Counted from the first letter of the stretch, positions 37,006 to 46,900 are shown. The stretch is DNA of 64,000 nucleotides from Ruminococcus champanellensis 18P13 = JCM 17042 (GCF_000210095.1 NC_021039.1:615863-679862), one strand, 5' to 3'. Translations and numbers: made by a program. The notes: generated by a model not told the origin, from the sequence alone.

Positions 37006-37081
37006 TGGAGCTAGTGACGGGATTCGAACCTGCGACCTGCGCATTACGAATGCGCTGCACTACCAGCTGTGCTACACTAGC
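37006..37081 (-). tRNA. tRNA-Thr (anticodon CGT)
   Basis: Reverse complement GCTAGTGTAGCACAGCTGGTAGTGCAGCGCATTCGTAATGCGCAGGTCGCAGGTTCGAATCCCGTCACTAGCTCCA: 7-bp acceptor stem, D-arm, anticodon loop TTCGTAA, T-loop TTCGAAT, encoded CCA; one A-C mismatch in T-stem. Confidence 0.75.
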
Positions 37082-37167
37082 ATAAAATGAACACTATTAT
37101 TTTACCACAAAATCCGGAATTGTCAAGAGGGAACGCTGAAAAAATGAAAATTTCAAAAAATTTGTGT

Positions 37168-37202
37168 GGGGAATTGAAATTCCCCGGCGCATGTGATATA
37201 AT
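37168..37202 (+). promoter_or_regulatory. Promoter (TTGAAA 37174-37179, 17 nt, TATAAT 37197-37202) embedded in palindrome GGGGAATTGAAATTCCCC
   Basis: Perfect 8-bp inverted repeat (37168-37185) spans the -35. Confidence 0.55.
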
Positions 37203-37267
37203 ATGAATTGTGTAATGTTTGCGGCGTTTGCCGGTAGAATAAAAGAATACAACAATCGGAGGGTCTT

Positions 37268-38425
37268 ATGGCGCACAAGAGAAAAAAGCTGGTCTCCAGC
37301 CTGGCTGTTTTTATGATTATTATCTGCGTGCTTTGCATCGCAGCAGGTCTGACTTCCAATCTGATGTTCGGTGGGCGGAATGCCTCCCCTACAGTGGCGG
37401 GGTATCAGATCTATCTGAACCGGACGGCGGACATGCAGCCTCTGGTGACCCAGAATGCGGCAGTGTTCGTCCAGGCACAGCATGACTACGCCAAGGAAAA
37501 TGTGGTGCTTTACACCAACAGTGCCGGGGACAAGACCATTGGCCGGATCAGTCTGATCTCTGCGGATACGGAAGGCTCGGACGCAAAGATCATTTACTAC
37601 CTGAACAATGCCAGCGGCACGGAAACCGCCGAGATCGAGAAAAATTCCATCATCGGCTTGTGCCGCTTTGAAAATATCGCCATTGGCAGTGCGCTGCTGG
37701 TGATGACAGGTACCTGGGGCATCATTCTGCTGATTGCACTGCCCTGTGTAATTCTTTTGATTTATGTGATTTCCCGGTTCATTGCAGCAAACGCAGAGGA
37801 CGAAGAGGAAGAGGAGGAGCATGACCGGACTGTCAAGACCAGAAAGAAGCCCCAGTCTCCTTTGTTCAATGCGGACAGTGCAAAGCATGCGGATGAGGAT
37901 TTCGCAGAGCGGAAGGCGAGCCTTGCGGAGCATTTCCACCAGAAGGGGGCGGATGCTTCCAAGAAGAAAAAGCACAAGTCCGAATCCAGACAGAAGCCGG
38001 CGGATGCAGAGGCGTCCAGACAGCGGCGGGCAAAGATCGAGGAAGCGGAGCGTCTGCTTGCCCGGGAGGATTCCCGCAAAAAGGGCGAACAGGATTATGC
38101 CCAGGAGAATGAGACGGACGGCGACGGCAATGACATGGACGCACGGGTAGCAGCCATCAAGCGGGCAATGCGCCAGCGGGCGGAGGAGCGTGAGCGGATC
38201 CAGGCAGAGGAGGAACAGCGGATCGCAGCTTCCAAGGCGAAGCAGCATGCAGCTCAGCAGCAGTCGAAACAGGAAGCACCCAAGGCGGCAGAAAAATCTC
38301 CGGTAAAAACAGCTGCCCCCACGGCATCCAGAACGGCGCCCCGGCGGCCGGCACGATCCTCTGCGCCTATGGATTTTGAAGAGCTGATGAGACAGCTTGA
38401 CGAGGAGAAAAAGAAGCTGAGTTAA
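37268..38425 (+). CDS. Hypothetical bitopic membrane protein with ~130-aa extracytoplasmic domain and long K/R/E/A-rich disordered cytoplasmic tail
   Basis: TM1 residues ~12-30, TM2 ~150-175; tail EDEEEEEEHDRTVKTRKK...; no recognisable catalytic motif. Confidence 0.6.
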   Translation: MAHKRKKLVSSLAVFMIIICVLCIAAGLTSNLMFGGRNASPTVAGYQIYLNRTADMQPLVTQNAAVFVQAQHDYAKENVVLYTNSAGDKTIGRISLISADTEGSDAKIIYYLNNASGTETAEIEKNSIIGLCRFENIAIGSALLVMTGTWGIILLIALPCVILLIYVISRFIAANAEDEEEEEEHDRTVKTRKKPQSPLFNADSAKHADEDFAERKASLAEHFHQKGADASKKKKHKSESRQKPADAEASRQRRAKIEEAERLLAREDSRKKGEQDYAQENETDGDGNDMDARVAAIKRAMRQRAEERERIQAEEEQRIAASKAKQHAAQQQSKQEAPKAAEKSPVKTAAPTASRTAPRRPARSSAPMDFEELMRQLDEEKKKLS

Positions 38426-38601
38426 GGCAACATCGCACAAAGAATGCGTGGTAGATGTGCCAACAGATTTTTCGTCAGATTGCATAGAAACGACGCAGGA
38501 ATACTGGCGTATTGCAAGGAGTTTCTGTGTGATATGACGGAAAATTCGTCAGCAGATGCTACGCAAAGCCGACAGGCGGGCTTTGTGCGGTGTTGCCTTA
38601 A
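38422..38601 (+). repeat. Inverted-repeat hairpin element, long copy (copy C), opposite orientation to copy B, with ~100-bp internal insertion
   Basis: Terminal inverted repeats TTAAGGCAACATCGCACAAAG / CTTTGTGCGGTGTTGCCTTAA; internal gatgctacgcaaagccgacaggcggg is the exact reverse complement of the copy-B core; left repeat overlaps the TAA stop of 37268..38425. Confidence 0.75.
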
Positions 38602-38689
38602 GAAGCATGCAGAAGACGTGCTATGCCTGTGTGAACGCTGCCGTATGTATATGCGGCGGCGTTTTTTCAGCGCAGCTGCCTGGGGAGGA

Positions 38690-38962
38690 CGTATGGGAAA
38701 GCTGGTGCAGCGGTATATTGTGCGGCTGACTTACCGTGGAGAACAACGGTATCTGTACACACGCCGGGCTGCAGTGGGGGATCCGGCACTGGCAAGATCC
38801 TTTGCCCGGCGGCATGCCGCAGAGCAGTTTTACGCAGAATGCGTGTTCCGCAGTCCCGGCGTGGTGGGAGAAGTCCTGTCGGTTTGGCTGGAGCAGAAGC
38901 ATGACCGGCGCTCGGGCGGGACTGTGTATTATGTACCGCCGGAGCAGGATAAAAAAATCTGA
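38690..38962 (+). CDS. Hypothetical small protein (91 aa)
   Basis: ATG after GGGGAGGA; basic, no recognisable domain; the ORF-table entry 38444..38962 extends upstream through the repeat element and is probably not translated there. Confidence 0.35.
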   Translation, partial: RMGKLVQRYIVRLTYRGEQRYLYTRRAAVGDPALARSFARRHAAEQFYAECVFRSPGVVGEVLSVWLEQKHDRRSGGTVYYVPPEQDKKI

Positions 38963-39026
38963 TAAAAAACATAAAAAGCACTTTCCAAACCTACAGGAAT
39001 GTTGTATAATAAATATATATGTGTAG

Positions 39027-39071
39027 GCAACGCCGTGGAAAGCCTGGCTGAGGACTTTGTACGGTATTCCC
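39027..39071 (+). repeat. Degenerate copy (D) of the inverted-repeat element in the zapA 5' UTR
   Basis: GGCAACGCCGTGGAAAG ... CTTTGTACGGTATTCCC, 13-14/17 matches to the family repeats. Confidence 0.4.
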
Positions 39072-39116
39072 TATGATTTCCGGGAATGGGGTTCCCGTGC
39101 GAAAGGAAAAAGAGCT

Positions 39117-39488
39117 ATGCTAAATCGTGTAAAGGTCGTAATCTGTGGAAAGGAATATGTGGTGCAGACGGAAGAAGCACCCAGCTATGTATATAGCCTT
39201 GCCAAGACGCTGGAAAAGAAAATTTTGAGCATTACGGAGACCAACACCCGGGTCTCTGCCCACCATGCGGCAGTGATGGTTGCGCTTTCTACCCTGGATG
39301 AGCTGAGCAAATCCACCGCCAACGTAGAAACCATCCGGGCGCAGGTCAAGGAATATGTGGATGAAGCCGGAAAGGCACGGATCGAGCGGGATCTGGCGCT
39401 GCGTGAAAACGAATCTCTGAAGGCGAAGATCGCCCAGCTGGAGAACATCGTCAAGCTCAAGTCCCTGAAGGACAGCCTGGATGGCTGA
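39117..39488 (+). CDS. zapA: Cell division protein ZapA
   Basis: 'VKVVICGKEYVVQTEE...' ZapA fold plus C-terminal coiled coil; ATG 39117 after GAAAGGAAAAAGAG. Confidence 0.75.
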   Translation: MLNRVKVVICGKEYVVQTEEAPSYVYSLAKTLEKKILSITETNTRVSAHHAAVMVALSTLDELSKSTANVETIRAQVKEYVDEAGKARIERDLALRENESLKAKIAQLENIVKLKSLKDSLDG

Positions 39489-41526
39489 TCGGCTGCCGGA
39501 GCTGCTGGCGCCTGCCGGTGGTCCGGATGCATTACTGGCTGCCCTTCGGTGCGGCGCAGATGCAGTATATGTCGGGGCGTGGGATTTTTCCGCCCGGCAA
39601 AGTGCGGAAAACTTTGACGCAGCCGCTTTGCAGGAAGCATGCAGATTGTGCCACCTGTACGGCGCAAAGCTGTATCTGGCGGTGAATACCCTGGTATTCG
39701 ACAATCAGTTTGTCCTGCTGGATGCTTTGATCCGGCAGGCAGCGGAGGCAGGGGTGGACGCTTTTATCATGCAGGATCTGGGTGCCATTGCCCGGGTGCG
39801 GCAGATCTGCCCCACCATGCCCATCCATGCTTCCACCCAGATGACCATCCACACAGTGCAGGGAGCTTTGGAGGCTGCCCGGCTGGGGATCCGCCGGGTG
39901 GTGGCGGCACGGGAGCTGTCCTGCAAGGAACTGGAGACCCTTTGCAGCACCGGCATGGAGATCGAGGTATTCTGCCACGGTGCGCTGTGCATGTCCGTGT
40001 CCGGTCAATGCTACCTGTCCGCCATGGTTGGCTCCAGAAGTGCCAACCGGGGCAGATGCGCCCAGGCGTGCCGGCTACCCTTTACCAGCTGCGGCGACCC
40101 GGAGGCGTGTACCCTGTCCTTGAAGGATCTTTGCAGTGTGCAGCAGATCCCGGCACTGGTGCAGATGGGGGTTGCATCCCTTAAGATCGAGGGGCGGATG
40201 AAGCGGCCGGAGTATGTAGCGGCGGCAGTCACCGCCTACCGGCAGGCGCTCCAGGGTCAACCGGTGGATCTGGAGCAGCTGCGGGCGGTGTTTTCCCGGA
40301 GCGGCTTTACAGATGGATACCTGACCGGAAAGCGGCAGAAGATGTTCGGCATCCGCAGCCGGGAGGATGTGACGGCGGCAAAACAGGTGCTGCCAAAGCT
40401 GCAAAGCCTGTATGCAAAGCCCGGCAAGCGTGCCGCTCTGCATGCAAAGCTGGAACTGGCGGCAGGACAGTCTGCCCGGTTGACCCTGGCGGACGATGCG
40501 GGGCATATTGCCTGTGTGGAAGGGGATGTCCCGGAGCCTGCCCGGACTGCTGCGTTGGACGTACAGCGTCTGGAACGGCAGCTTTCCAAGCTCGGGGATA
40601 CTATTTACACCCTGGCGCATACAGAACTGACCGGGGAACAGGGGCTGATGTTGTCCGCTGGCAGTCTGAACGCCATGCGCCGGGCTGGAGTGCAGCAGTT
40701 GGATGCTGCACGGATTCGGGACAACACCCCGGTACATACCCTTGCCTGGTCGGAGCCTATGCCCATCCATCCTGCACGGACGGAGGCGTGGGGGCTGCAC
40801 ATTCACGCAAGAGAGGCGGCACAGTTCAGCCGGATCCCGTCGGAGCAGTATGCACTGGCGGGATTGCCCCTGGAGCAATGGCAGCCGGACAGCCTGATAC
40901 CCATGGAAAAGCGAATGCTGATGCTTCCCCGGTTCATAGAGGATGAAGCGGGACTGATGTCCCGGCTGGAGGAAATGTACAGCAAGGGCTACCGACATCT
41001 TTTGTGCAGCAATCTGGCGCATATCGCCCTGGGCAGACAGTTGGGCTTTGTGCTTCACGGGGATTTCGGGCTGCATGTCGCCAATAGTGCCGCCGCAGAT
41101 GCTTACAGTCAACTTGGGCTTTCGGATCTGATCCTGTCTGTGGAACTGAAACGGGGCGCCATGCAGCAGCTGCACAGTCCGGTACCATCCGGGGCGGTGC
41201 TTTACGGCAGATTGCCCTTGATGCTGATGCGAAACTGCCCCATCCGCAATGAGGTGGGCTGCAAACAGTGCGGACATGCTCTCACTGATCGGACGGGGAG
41301 AAGCTTTCCGGTGTATTGCACCGGGGGTTATGCGGAGCTGCTGAATGCGGAGCCTGTTTACCTGGCGGACCGGCTGGAGGAATGGAATCGGATGGGATTC
41401 GGCGTGCTGCTGTTTACCACGGAGTCGCCGGAGCAGACAGCCCGGATCATAGAACAGTACCGGACAGGGCATGCCGTCCTGCCGGAGCGATATACCCGGG
41501 GGCTTGCCTACCGGGGGGTGCAGTAA
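39481..41526 (+). CDS. U32-family peptidase (collagenase-like, with C-terminal DUF3656-type domain)
   Basis: 'ELLAPAGGPDALLAALRCGADAVYVG', 'EGRMKRPEYVA' motifs typical of peptidase U32; 681 aa. Confidence 0.8.
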   Translation: MADRLPELLAPAGGPDALLAALRCGADAVYVGAWDFSARQSAENFDAAALQEACRLCHLYGAKLYLAVNTLVFDNQFVLLDALIRQAAEAGVDAFIMQDLGAIARVRQICPTMPIHASTQMTIHTVQGALEAARLGIRRVVAARELSCKELETLCSTGMEIEVFCHGALCMSVSGQCYLSAMVGSRSANRGRCAQACRLPFTSCGDPEACTLSLKDLCSVQQIPALVQMGVASLKIEGRMKRPEYVAAAVTAYRQALQGQPVDLEQLRAVFSRSGFTDGYLTGKRQKMFGIRSREDVTAAKQVLPKLQSLYAKPGKRAALHAKLELAAGQSARLTLADDAGHIACVEGDVPEPARTAALDVQRLERQLSKLGDTIYTLAHTELTGEQGLMLSAGSLNAMRRAGVQQLDAARIRDNTPVHTLAWSEPMPIHPARTEAWGLHIHAREAAQFSRIPSEQYALAGLPLEQWQPDSLIPMEKRMLMLPRFIEDEAGLMSRLEEMYSKGYRHLLCSNLAHIALGRQLGFVLHGDFGLHVANSAAADAYSQLGLSDLILSVELKRGAMQQLHSPVPSGAVLYGRLPLMLMRNCPIRNEVGCKQCGHALTDRTGRSFPVYCTGGYAELLNAEPVYLADRLEEWNRMGFGVLLFTTESPEQTARIIEQYRTGHAVLPERYTRGLAYRGVQ

Positions 41527-41535
41527 GGAGTATTT

Positions 41536-41973
41536 ATGAAATTACAGATCATGCGCCTGCGGCCGGAGGCGATCCTGCCGGAGCAGCAGACCCCGGGCAG
41601 TGCCGGGTACGATCTTTCCGCCTGTTTGACGGAGGATCTGGTGATTGAGCCGGGTGACTGCGTGCCGGTGTCTACGGGCATCGCCCTGTGTCCCGACCGG
41701 CAGGATGTGGTGCTGTTGGTATATGCCCGCTCCGGGCTTGCCACCAAGCACGGCGTATCCATGGCCAACGGGGTGGGCGTCATCGACAGCGACTACCGGG
41801 GTGAGGTGCTGGTGCCACTGGTGAATCGGGGGAGGGAGCCCTTCCGGATCACACCGGGTATGCGGATCGCTCAGCTTGTGGTAACGCCGGTGCTGCTGCC
41901 CCGGACAGAAGAAGTACAGCAGCTGCCGGATTCCGCACGGGGTGCCGGCGGATTCGGCTCTACTGGAGCATAG
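41536..41973 (+). CDS. dut: dUTP diphosphatase
   Basis: 'GSAGYDL', 'RSGLATKHG', 'GVIDSDYRGEV' dUTPase motifs. Confidence 0.9.
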   Translation: MKLQIMRLRPEAILPEQQTPGSAGYDLSACLTEDLVIEPGDCVPVSTGIALCPDRQDVVLLVYARSGLATKHGVSMANGVGVIDSDYRGEVLVPLVNRGREPFRITPGMRIAQLVVTPVLLPRTEEVQQLPDSARGAGGFGSTGA

Positions 41974-41982
41974 GAGGACGGA

Positions 41983-42243
41983 ATGAAAAATAAACTGGTA
42001 TTGTTATTTATGATCGTAACCGCAGCCGTGCTTGGAGGATTGCTGGGGAATCTGTGCGAGGGGGTATACGGGGTCAGCTGGCTTGCCTATTCCAAAGCCA
42101 TCGGTCTGGATGCTACCACCCTGAACCTGAGCGTATTTGACCTGACCTTCGGGATTCATTTCCAGCTCAATGTGGCGCAGATCATTCTGCTGGCAGTGGC
42201 GCTGTTCGTATCCCCCAAGATCGCAAACGCCATTCAGACCTGA
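41983..42243 (+). CDS. Small membrane protein (DUF4321-like) upstream of mreB
   Basis: 86 aa, 2 TM. Confidence 0.5.
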   Translation: MKNKLVLLFMIVTAAVLGGLLGNLCEGVYGVSWLAYSKAIGLDATTLNLSVFDLTFGIHFQLNVAQIILLAVALFVSPKIANAIQT

Positions 42244-42278
42244 AACAGCAGCGCTGCGGTTTTTTGTCGGAAAAAGGA

Positions 42279-42307
42279 TTGTGTATCCACCGGAATGGTG
42301 GTATAAT
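42279..42307 (+). promoter_or_regulatory. mre operon promoter (TTGTGT-17-TATAAT)
   Basis: ttgtgtatccaccggaatggtggtataat, after a terminator at 42243-42266. Confidence 0.55.
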
Positions 42308-42373
42308 AATGAGAGTTAGGCGGTTCGTACCGCACACAGAGAGAGCAAAAGAACCGGATGAAGGAGAAAACAG

Positions 42374-43390
42374 ATGTTTACAAGGGACATTGGGATCGAC
42401 CTGGGGACAGCAAATACCCTTGTGTATTTGCGGGGAAAGGGCATTATCATTCGTGAGCCCTCCGTAGTGGCAGTCAATACCCGCACGGATCAGGCGCGTT
42501 ATGTGGGCAAGGAAGCAAAGGAAGTCATCGGCAGGACTCCCGGCTCCATTGTGGCAGTGCGCCCTCTGAAGGACGGTGTCATTGCGGATTTTGACATTAC
42601 CACCACCATGCTGCAGGAGTTTATCCGCAAGGCGTTGCAGGGTACCATCTTCACCAAGGCACGGGTCATTATCTGCATTCCCTCCGGGGTTACGGCGGTG
42701 GAACGCCGTGCAGTCAAGGAGGCGGCGGAAAAAGCTGGCGCCAAGCGGGTGAATATCATTGAGGAGCCAATGGCAGCAGCCATCGGTGCAGGTCTGCCTA
42801 CCCTGGATGCCACCGGCAGCATGATCGTGGACATCGGCGGCGGCACCAGTGAGGTGGCAGTGATTTCTCTGGGGGGTATTGTAACCTCCCGTTCCGTGCG
42901 GATGGCAGGGGATGAATTTGACAACGCCATTGTCAATTACATCCGCCGCAAGTACAATCTGCTGATCGGGGAGCGGACGGCGGAAAACATCAAGCTGGAG
43001 ATCGGTTCGGCGTTTCCAAGCGAGCAGGAGTCCAGCATGGAGATCAAGGGGCGGAATCTGCTGAACGGCCTGCCGGAGAATATTACCATTACCTCGGCGG
43101 AGGTGCGGGACGCTTTGGCGGAACCCTTGTCCCGGGTCATCGAGGCCATTAAGATCACCCTGGAAAAGACTCCGCCGGAGCTTTCAGCAGATATCATCGA
43201 CCAGGGCATTACCCTTGCGGGCGGCGGCGCACTGCTCCGGGGGCTGGATAAGCTCATCAACCGGGAAACCGGCATGCCTGTGTATGTGGCGGAGTATCCC
43301 CTGGATTGCGTGGCAGAGGGCACCGGCAGGATCCTGGAAAATCTGGAGAAATACCGGGATCTGCTTACGGAAGAAGTGCGGTATTACTAA
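42374..43390 (+). CDS. mreB: Rod shape-determining protein MreB
   Basis: '[14 protein letters not shown]' actin-like ATPase; 338 aa. Confidence 0.95.
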   Translation: MFTRDIGIDLGTANTLVYLRGKGIIIREPSVVAVNTRTDQARYVGKEAKEVIGRTPGSIVAVRPLKDGVIADFDITTTMLQEFIRKALQGTIFTKARVIICIPSGVTAVERRAVKEAAEKAGAKRVNIIEEPMAAAIGAGLPTLDATGSMIVDIGGGTSEVAVISLGGIVTSRSVRMAGDEFDNAIVNYIRRKYNLLIGERTAENIKLEIGSAFPSEQESSMEIKGRNLLNGLPENITITSAEVRDALAEPLSRVIEAIKITLEKTPPELSADIIDQGITLAGGGALLRGLDKLINRETGMPVYVAEYPLDCVAEGTGRILENLEKYRDLLTEEVRYY

Positions 43391-43455
43391 ACGCATGGGG
43401 CGAGAAGCATCTCGCCCTTTTCGGGTTTCCATAGACAACCGGAAGGAGTCAGGGC

Positions 43456-44313
43456 ATGAGCGAATTTTTTCGCAGTTTTAAATTTAAGATCATCCTGGGC
43501 GTGCTGGCATTGCTGCTGGGGGTCGTGCTGTATGCGGTGACCCGGGGCGGCAGCACCACCTGGCTGTCCCAGGGGTTCGGTGTTGTATTCAACCCGGTGC
43601 GGCAGGCGTTTACCGCCGTTTCCAATCAAATCGAAGGGGGCGTTGACACCATCCTCAACGCCCAGGAATACTACAACGAAAACCAGGAGCTGCGGGCGCA
43701 GATCGGCTCGCTGAACAGCCAGCTGGTGGATTATGAGAACACCAAGGAGGAGCTGGCGGAGCTGCGGAAGTTCCTGGGTATCAAGGAGGAGCATCCGGAC
43801 TTTGTGCATTCCGCACCCTGCCACCTGATCTCCTATGTGACCAACGATCCCTACGGTGCGTTCGTCATTGACCGGGGCAGGGAGGACGGGATCTCCGTCA
43901 ATGACCCGGTGATGACCGGTGAAGGTCTGGTGGGCGTTATCACAGAGGTGGCGGATACTTACGCTACTGTGCGTACCATTTTGTCCCCGGATCTGTCCAT
44001 CGGTGCGGTATGCAACCGGACAAAGGATACGGGCATCGTGGAAGGAAATCTCCGCTATGCGGCAGACGGGAAAACCAAAATGATCTACATGGACAAAACC
44101 ATGACCATGCAGCAGGGGGATCTGGTCATTACCGCTGGCAGCTCCGGCTTATTTCCCCGGGGCTGCGTCATTGGCAATGTGGCGGAAACCGGCATGGAGG
44201 AAAGCGGCTTGTCCGCCTATGCGGTGATCCAGCCGGCAGTGAGCCTGGATCGGATCACCAGCGTGGTGGTGATCCTGGACTTTAACGGCAAGGGGGCTAA
44301 TTATGACAATTAG
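43456..44313 (+). CDS. mreC: Rod shape-determining protein MreC
   Basis: N-terminal TM, coiled coil, C-terminal beta domains 'GLVGVITEV', 'GIVEGN'. Confidence 0.85.
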   Translation: MSEFFRSFKFKIILGVLALLLGVVLYAVTRGGSTTWLSQGFGVVFNPVRQAFTAVSNQIEGGVDTILNAQEYYNENQELRAQIGSLNSQLVDYENTKEELAELRKFLGIKEEHPDFVHSAPCHLISYVTNDPYGAFVIDRGREDGISVNDPVMTGEGLVGVITEVADTYATVRTILSPDLSIGAVCNRTKDTGIVEGNLRYAADGKTKMIYMDKTMTMQQGDLVITAGSSGLFPRGCVIGNVAETGMEESGLSAYAVIQPAVSLDRITSVVVILDFNGKGANYDN

Positions 44314-44848
44314 TGCCCCCAAGCGCAGCCCCAAACAGGAGCGGTTCTGCATCGCCCTGCGCTGGACGCTGTATGTGCTGCTGCTTGCCCTGTGCTTTGT
44401 GCTGCAATGTACCGGCAGGCATCTGAACCCCCTGTATGTGATCCCGGCGGCGGTGTGTATCTCCATGAGCGAAGGGGTGCTGACCGCAGCGGGAGTGGGC
44501 ATGGTCACCGGTCTGATGATCGACATTTCCTGCGGCAAGCTGCTGGGACTGAACGCCCTGTTTCTGGTATGCGGCTGCGTGTGTACCGCCCTGCTGTTTA
44601 TGCATCTGCTGCGGCACAACATCATCAATGTGCTGATCGTGACCCTGTTGCTGGCAGCCATGCAGGGGGGGCTGGATTACCTGTTTTACTATTACATGTG
44701 GAATTACGACGCTGTGGAAACCGTCTTTGCCCGATGGCATCTGCCGGTGATCTTTCTGACCACCGGAGCAGTGCTGCCCTTGTATCCGATTTTCAAGCTG
44801 ATCAAGCGCAGGCTGCTGCCTCCTTCGGGCAATGCCAACGAGGCATAA
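44303..44848 (+). CDS. mreD: Rod shape-determining protein MreD
   Basis: Polytopic ~180-aa membrane protein overlapping mreC stop. Confidence 0.75.
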   Translation: MTISAPKRSPKQERFCIALRWTLYVLLLALCFVLQCTGRHLNPLYVIPAAVCISMSEGVLTAAGVGMVTGLMIDISCGKLLGLNALFLVCGCVCTALLFMHLLRHNIINVLIVTLLLAAMQGGLDYLFYYYMWNYDAVETVFARWHLPVIFLTTGAVLPLYPIFKLIKRRLLPPSGNANEA

Positions 44849-44875
44849 GCACACTGCGGAAAGGAGTATGGATCT

Positions 44876-46900
44876 ATGAAGGAAACCTTGGCACTGCTGG
44901 GGGATCGGCTGCGGGCGGCAATTCTTGTGCTGCTGGTGGTGATATCCGTGATCCTGGGGGGATTGCGGCTGATGAAGATCCAGGTGGTCAACGGCACCGC
45001 ATACCTGGAAAAAGCCCAGTCCACCGCTGTGTATGCCCAACCGGTCAGCGCTGCCCGTGGGGAGATCGTGGACAGTGACGGCAATACCATCGTGGGCAAC
45101 AAGATTGGCTATAATATCATTGTGGAAAAGGCATACTTCCCGGCGGACAATGGGGCAGGGAATGCTGTTCTGCTGGAGGTTGCCAATCTGTTGAAGGAGC
45201 GGGAGCTGGACTGGAATGACACCATGCCCATTACCATGGTAGAGCCATTTTCCTTTCTGAGCGATTCCGAGGAACAGGTGGCAAAGCTGCGCACAACCTT
45301 GAATCTGAACACCTATGCCACTGCCCAGAACTGCATGGATAAGCTGATCGGGGACTACGACATTGCGGATACCTATTCTCCCCGGGAGCAGCGGATCATC
45401 GCAGGCATCCGGTACGAAATGCTGCTGCGGAGCTTTGCAGTGAACAATCACTACACCTTTGCGGAGGATATCCCGGCGGAGCTTGTGACGCTCATCAAGG
45501 AGCGGCGCTTACAGTTGCCGGGCTTTGACGTGATCGAGGAAGCCATCCGCACCGTCAAGCAGGGTGATATCCTGCCCCATGAGATCGGTACTGTGGGCCC
45601 CATCTACAGCAAGGAGGAATTTGAGCAGCTGAAGGAAAACGGGCACAGCTATCTGCTGTCGGATACGGTGGGGAAAAGCGGACTGGAACTGGCATTGGAG
45701 AAGGAGCTGCGGGGCACGGACGGGGTCAAGGAGATCACCTATGTGAACGGCAAAGTGGCTTCCTCCCAGATCACCCAGGAGGCTGTAGGCGGCAACCGGG
45801 TGCAGCTGACGGTGGACAGTGAATTCCAGCGGGGGCTTCAGGGGGTACTGGAGGATATGATGCAGTACCTGCGGGATCTGAACGATCCGGCATATGACGA
45901 GGTTTCCGCCGGGGCGCTGGTGGTGCTGGACGTGAAGTCCAATGCGGTGCTGGGTATGGCGACCGCTCCCACCTATAACCTGGAGGATCTGATGAATGAC
46001 TATCAGTCCGTGCTGAACGGGGAGAACACCCCTCTGGTCAACCGGGCGACGGATGGTTTGTACCGACCCGGCTCCACCTTCAAGACCATCACCGCTACGG
46101 CAGGGCTGAATACGGGGATCATCAACGCCGGCTCCACTTATTTCTGTACCAGAAACTATAAGTACTTGGACAGTACGGTGCATTGTACCGGCTACCACTC
46201 TGCCATCAATGTGACCCGTGCCATTCAGGTGTCCTGCAACATCTTCTTCTATGAGCTTGCCCAGCGGTTGGGCATCGACACTATTTCCGAGTATGCTACT
46301 TACTACGGCTTGGGGCAGTCCCTGGGGCTGGAGTCCGGGGACGCTGCCGGACGGCTGGCAAATCCCCAGACCTTTGAAAAGCTGGAGATGCCCTGGTACG
46401 CAGGTTATGTGCTCCAGGCTGCCATCGGTCAGTCCGAGGTGCAGGTAACACCCCTGCAAATGGCGGTGGCGGCATCCACCATTGCCAACGAAGGGGTGCG
46501 CTATCGTCCCCACCTGGTGGATGGTGTGTACAACAACGCAGGCACCAAGCTGATCTCTAAGACCGAGCCGGTGATCGCAGAAAAGATCAATGTGCAGTAT
46601 GACTCGGTGTATCCTCTGATCCGGCAGGGCATGATTCTTGCCGCCCAGAGCACCATGCCGAAGGAGTATTCCCTGACCCACCTGGGGTTTCAGACTGCCA
46701 TCAAGACCGGTACCCCCCAGTCCCCCCGGGGTACGGACTCCTTTGTGATCGGGTTCGCCCCGGCGGAGGATCCGGAGATTGCATTTGCCGGGGTGATCGA
46801 AGGGGGCAATTACGCCAAGTACATGGTGCGCAAGGTGCTGGAGCTGTATGCAGATTGCTATCCGGATACCAAAATCGGTGAACATCTAACAGGCGAATAA
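44876..46900 (+). CDS. mrdA: Penicillin-binding protein 2 (peptidoglycan D,D-transpeptidase)
   Basis: N-terminal TM, dimerisation domain, transpeptidase motifs 'STFK', 'SCN', 'KTGT'. Confidence 0.9.
   Translation: MKETLALLGDRLRAAILVLLVVISVILGGLRLMKIQVVNGTAYLEKAQSTAVYAQPVSAARGEIVDSDGNTIVGNKIGYNIIVEKAYFPADNGAGNAVLLEVANLLKERELDWNDTMPITMVEPFSFLSDSEEQVAKLRTTLNLNTYATAQNCMDKLIGDYDIADTYSPREQRIIAGIRYEMLLRSFAVNNHYTFAEDIPAELVTLIKERRLQLPGFDVIEEAIRTVKQGDILPHEIGTVGPIYSKEEFEQLKENGHSYLLSDTVGKSGLELALEKELRGTDGVKEITYVNGKVASSQITQEAVGGNRVQLTVDSEFQRGLQGVLEDMMQYLRDLNDPAYDEVSAGALVVLDVKSNAVLGMATAPTYNLEDLMNDYQSVLNGENTPLVNRATDGLYRPGSTFKTITATAGLNTGIINAGSTYFCTRNYKYLDSTVHCTGYHSAINVTRAIQVSCNIFFYELAQRLGIDTISEYATYYGLGQSLGLESGDAAGRLANPQTFEKLEMPWYAGYVLQAAIGQSEVQVTPLQMAVAASTIANEGVRYRPHLVDGVYNNAGTKLISKTEPVIAEKINVQYDSVYPLIRQGMILAAQSTMPKEYSLTHLGFQTAIKTGTPQSPRGTDSFVIGFAPAEDPEIAFAGVIEGGNYAKYMVRKVLELYADCYPDTKIGEHLTGE

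Noticed and set aside
38444-38689. N-terminal 80 residues of table ORF 38444..38962 (contains the peptide ...DATQSRQAGFVRCCL... also seen in minus ORF 23839..24054)
   Set aside because: The shared peptide is simply the translation of the inverted-repeat element present at both loci; the real coding region, if any, starts at 38690.
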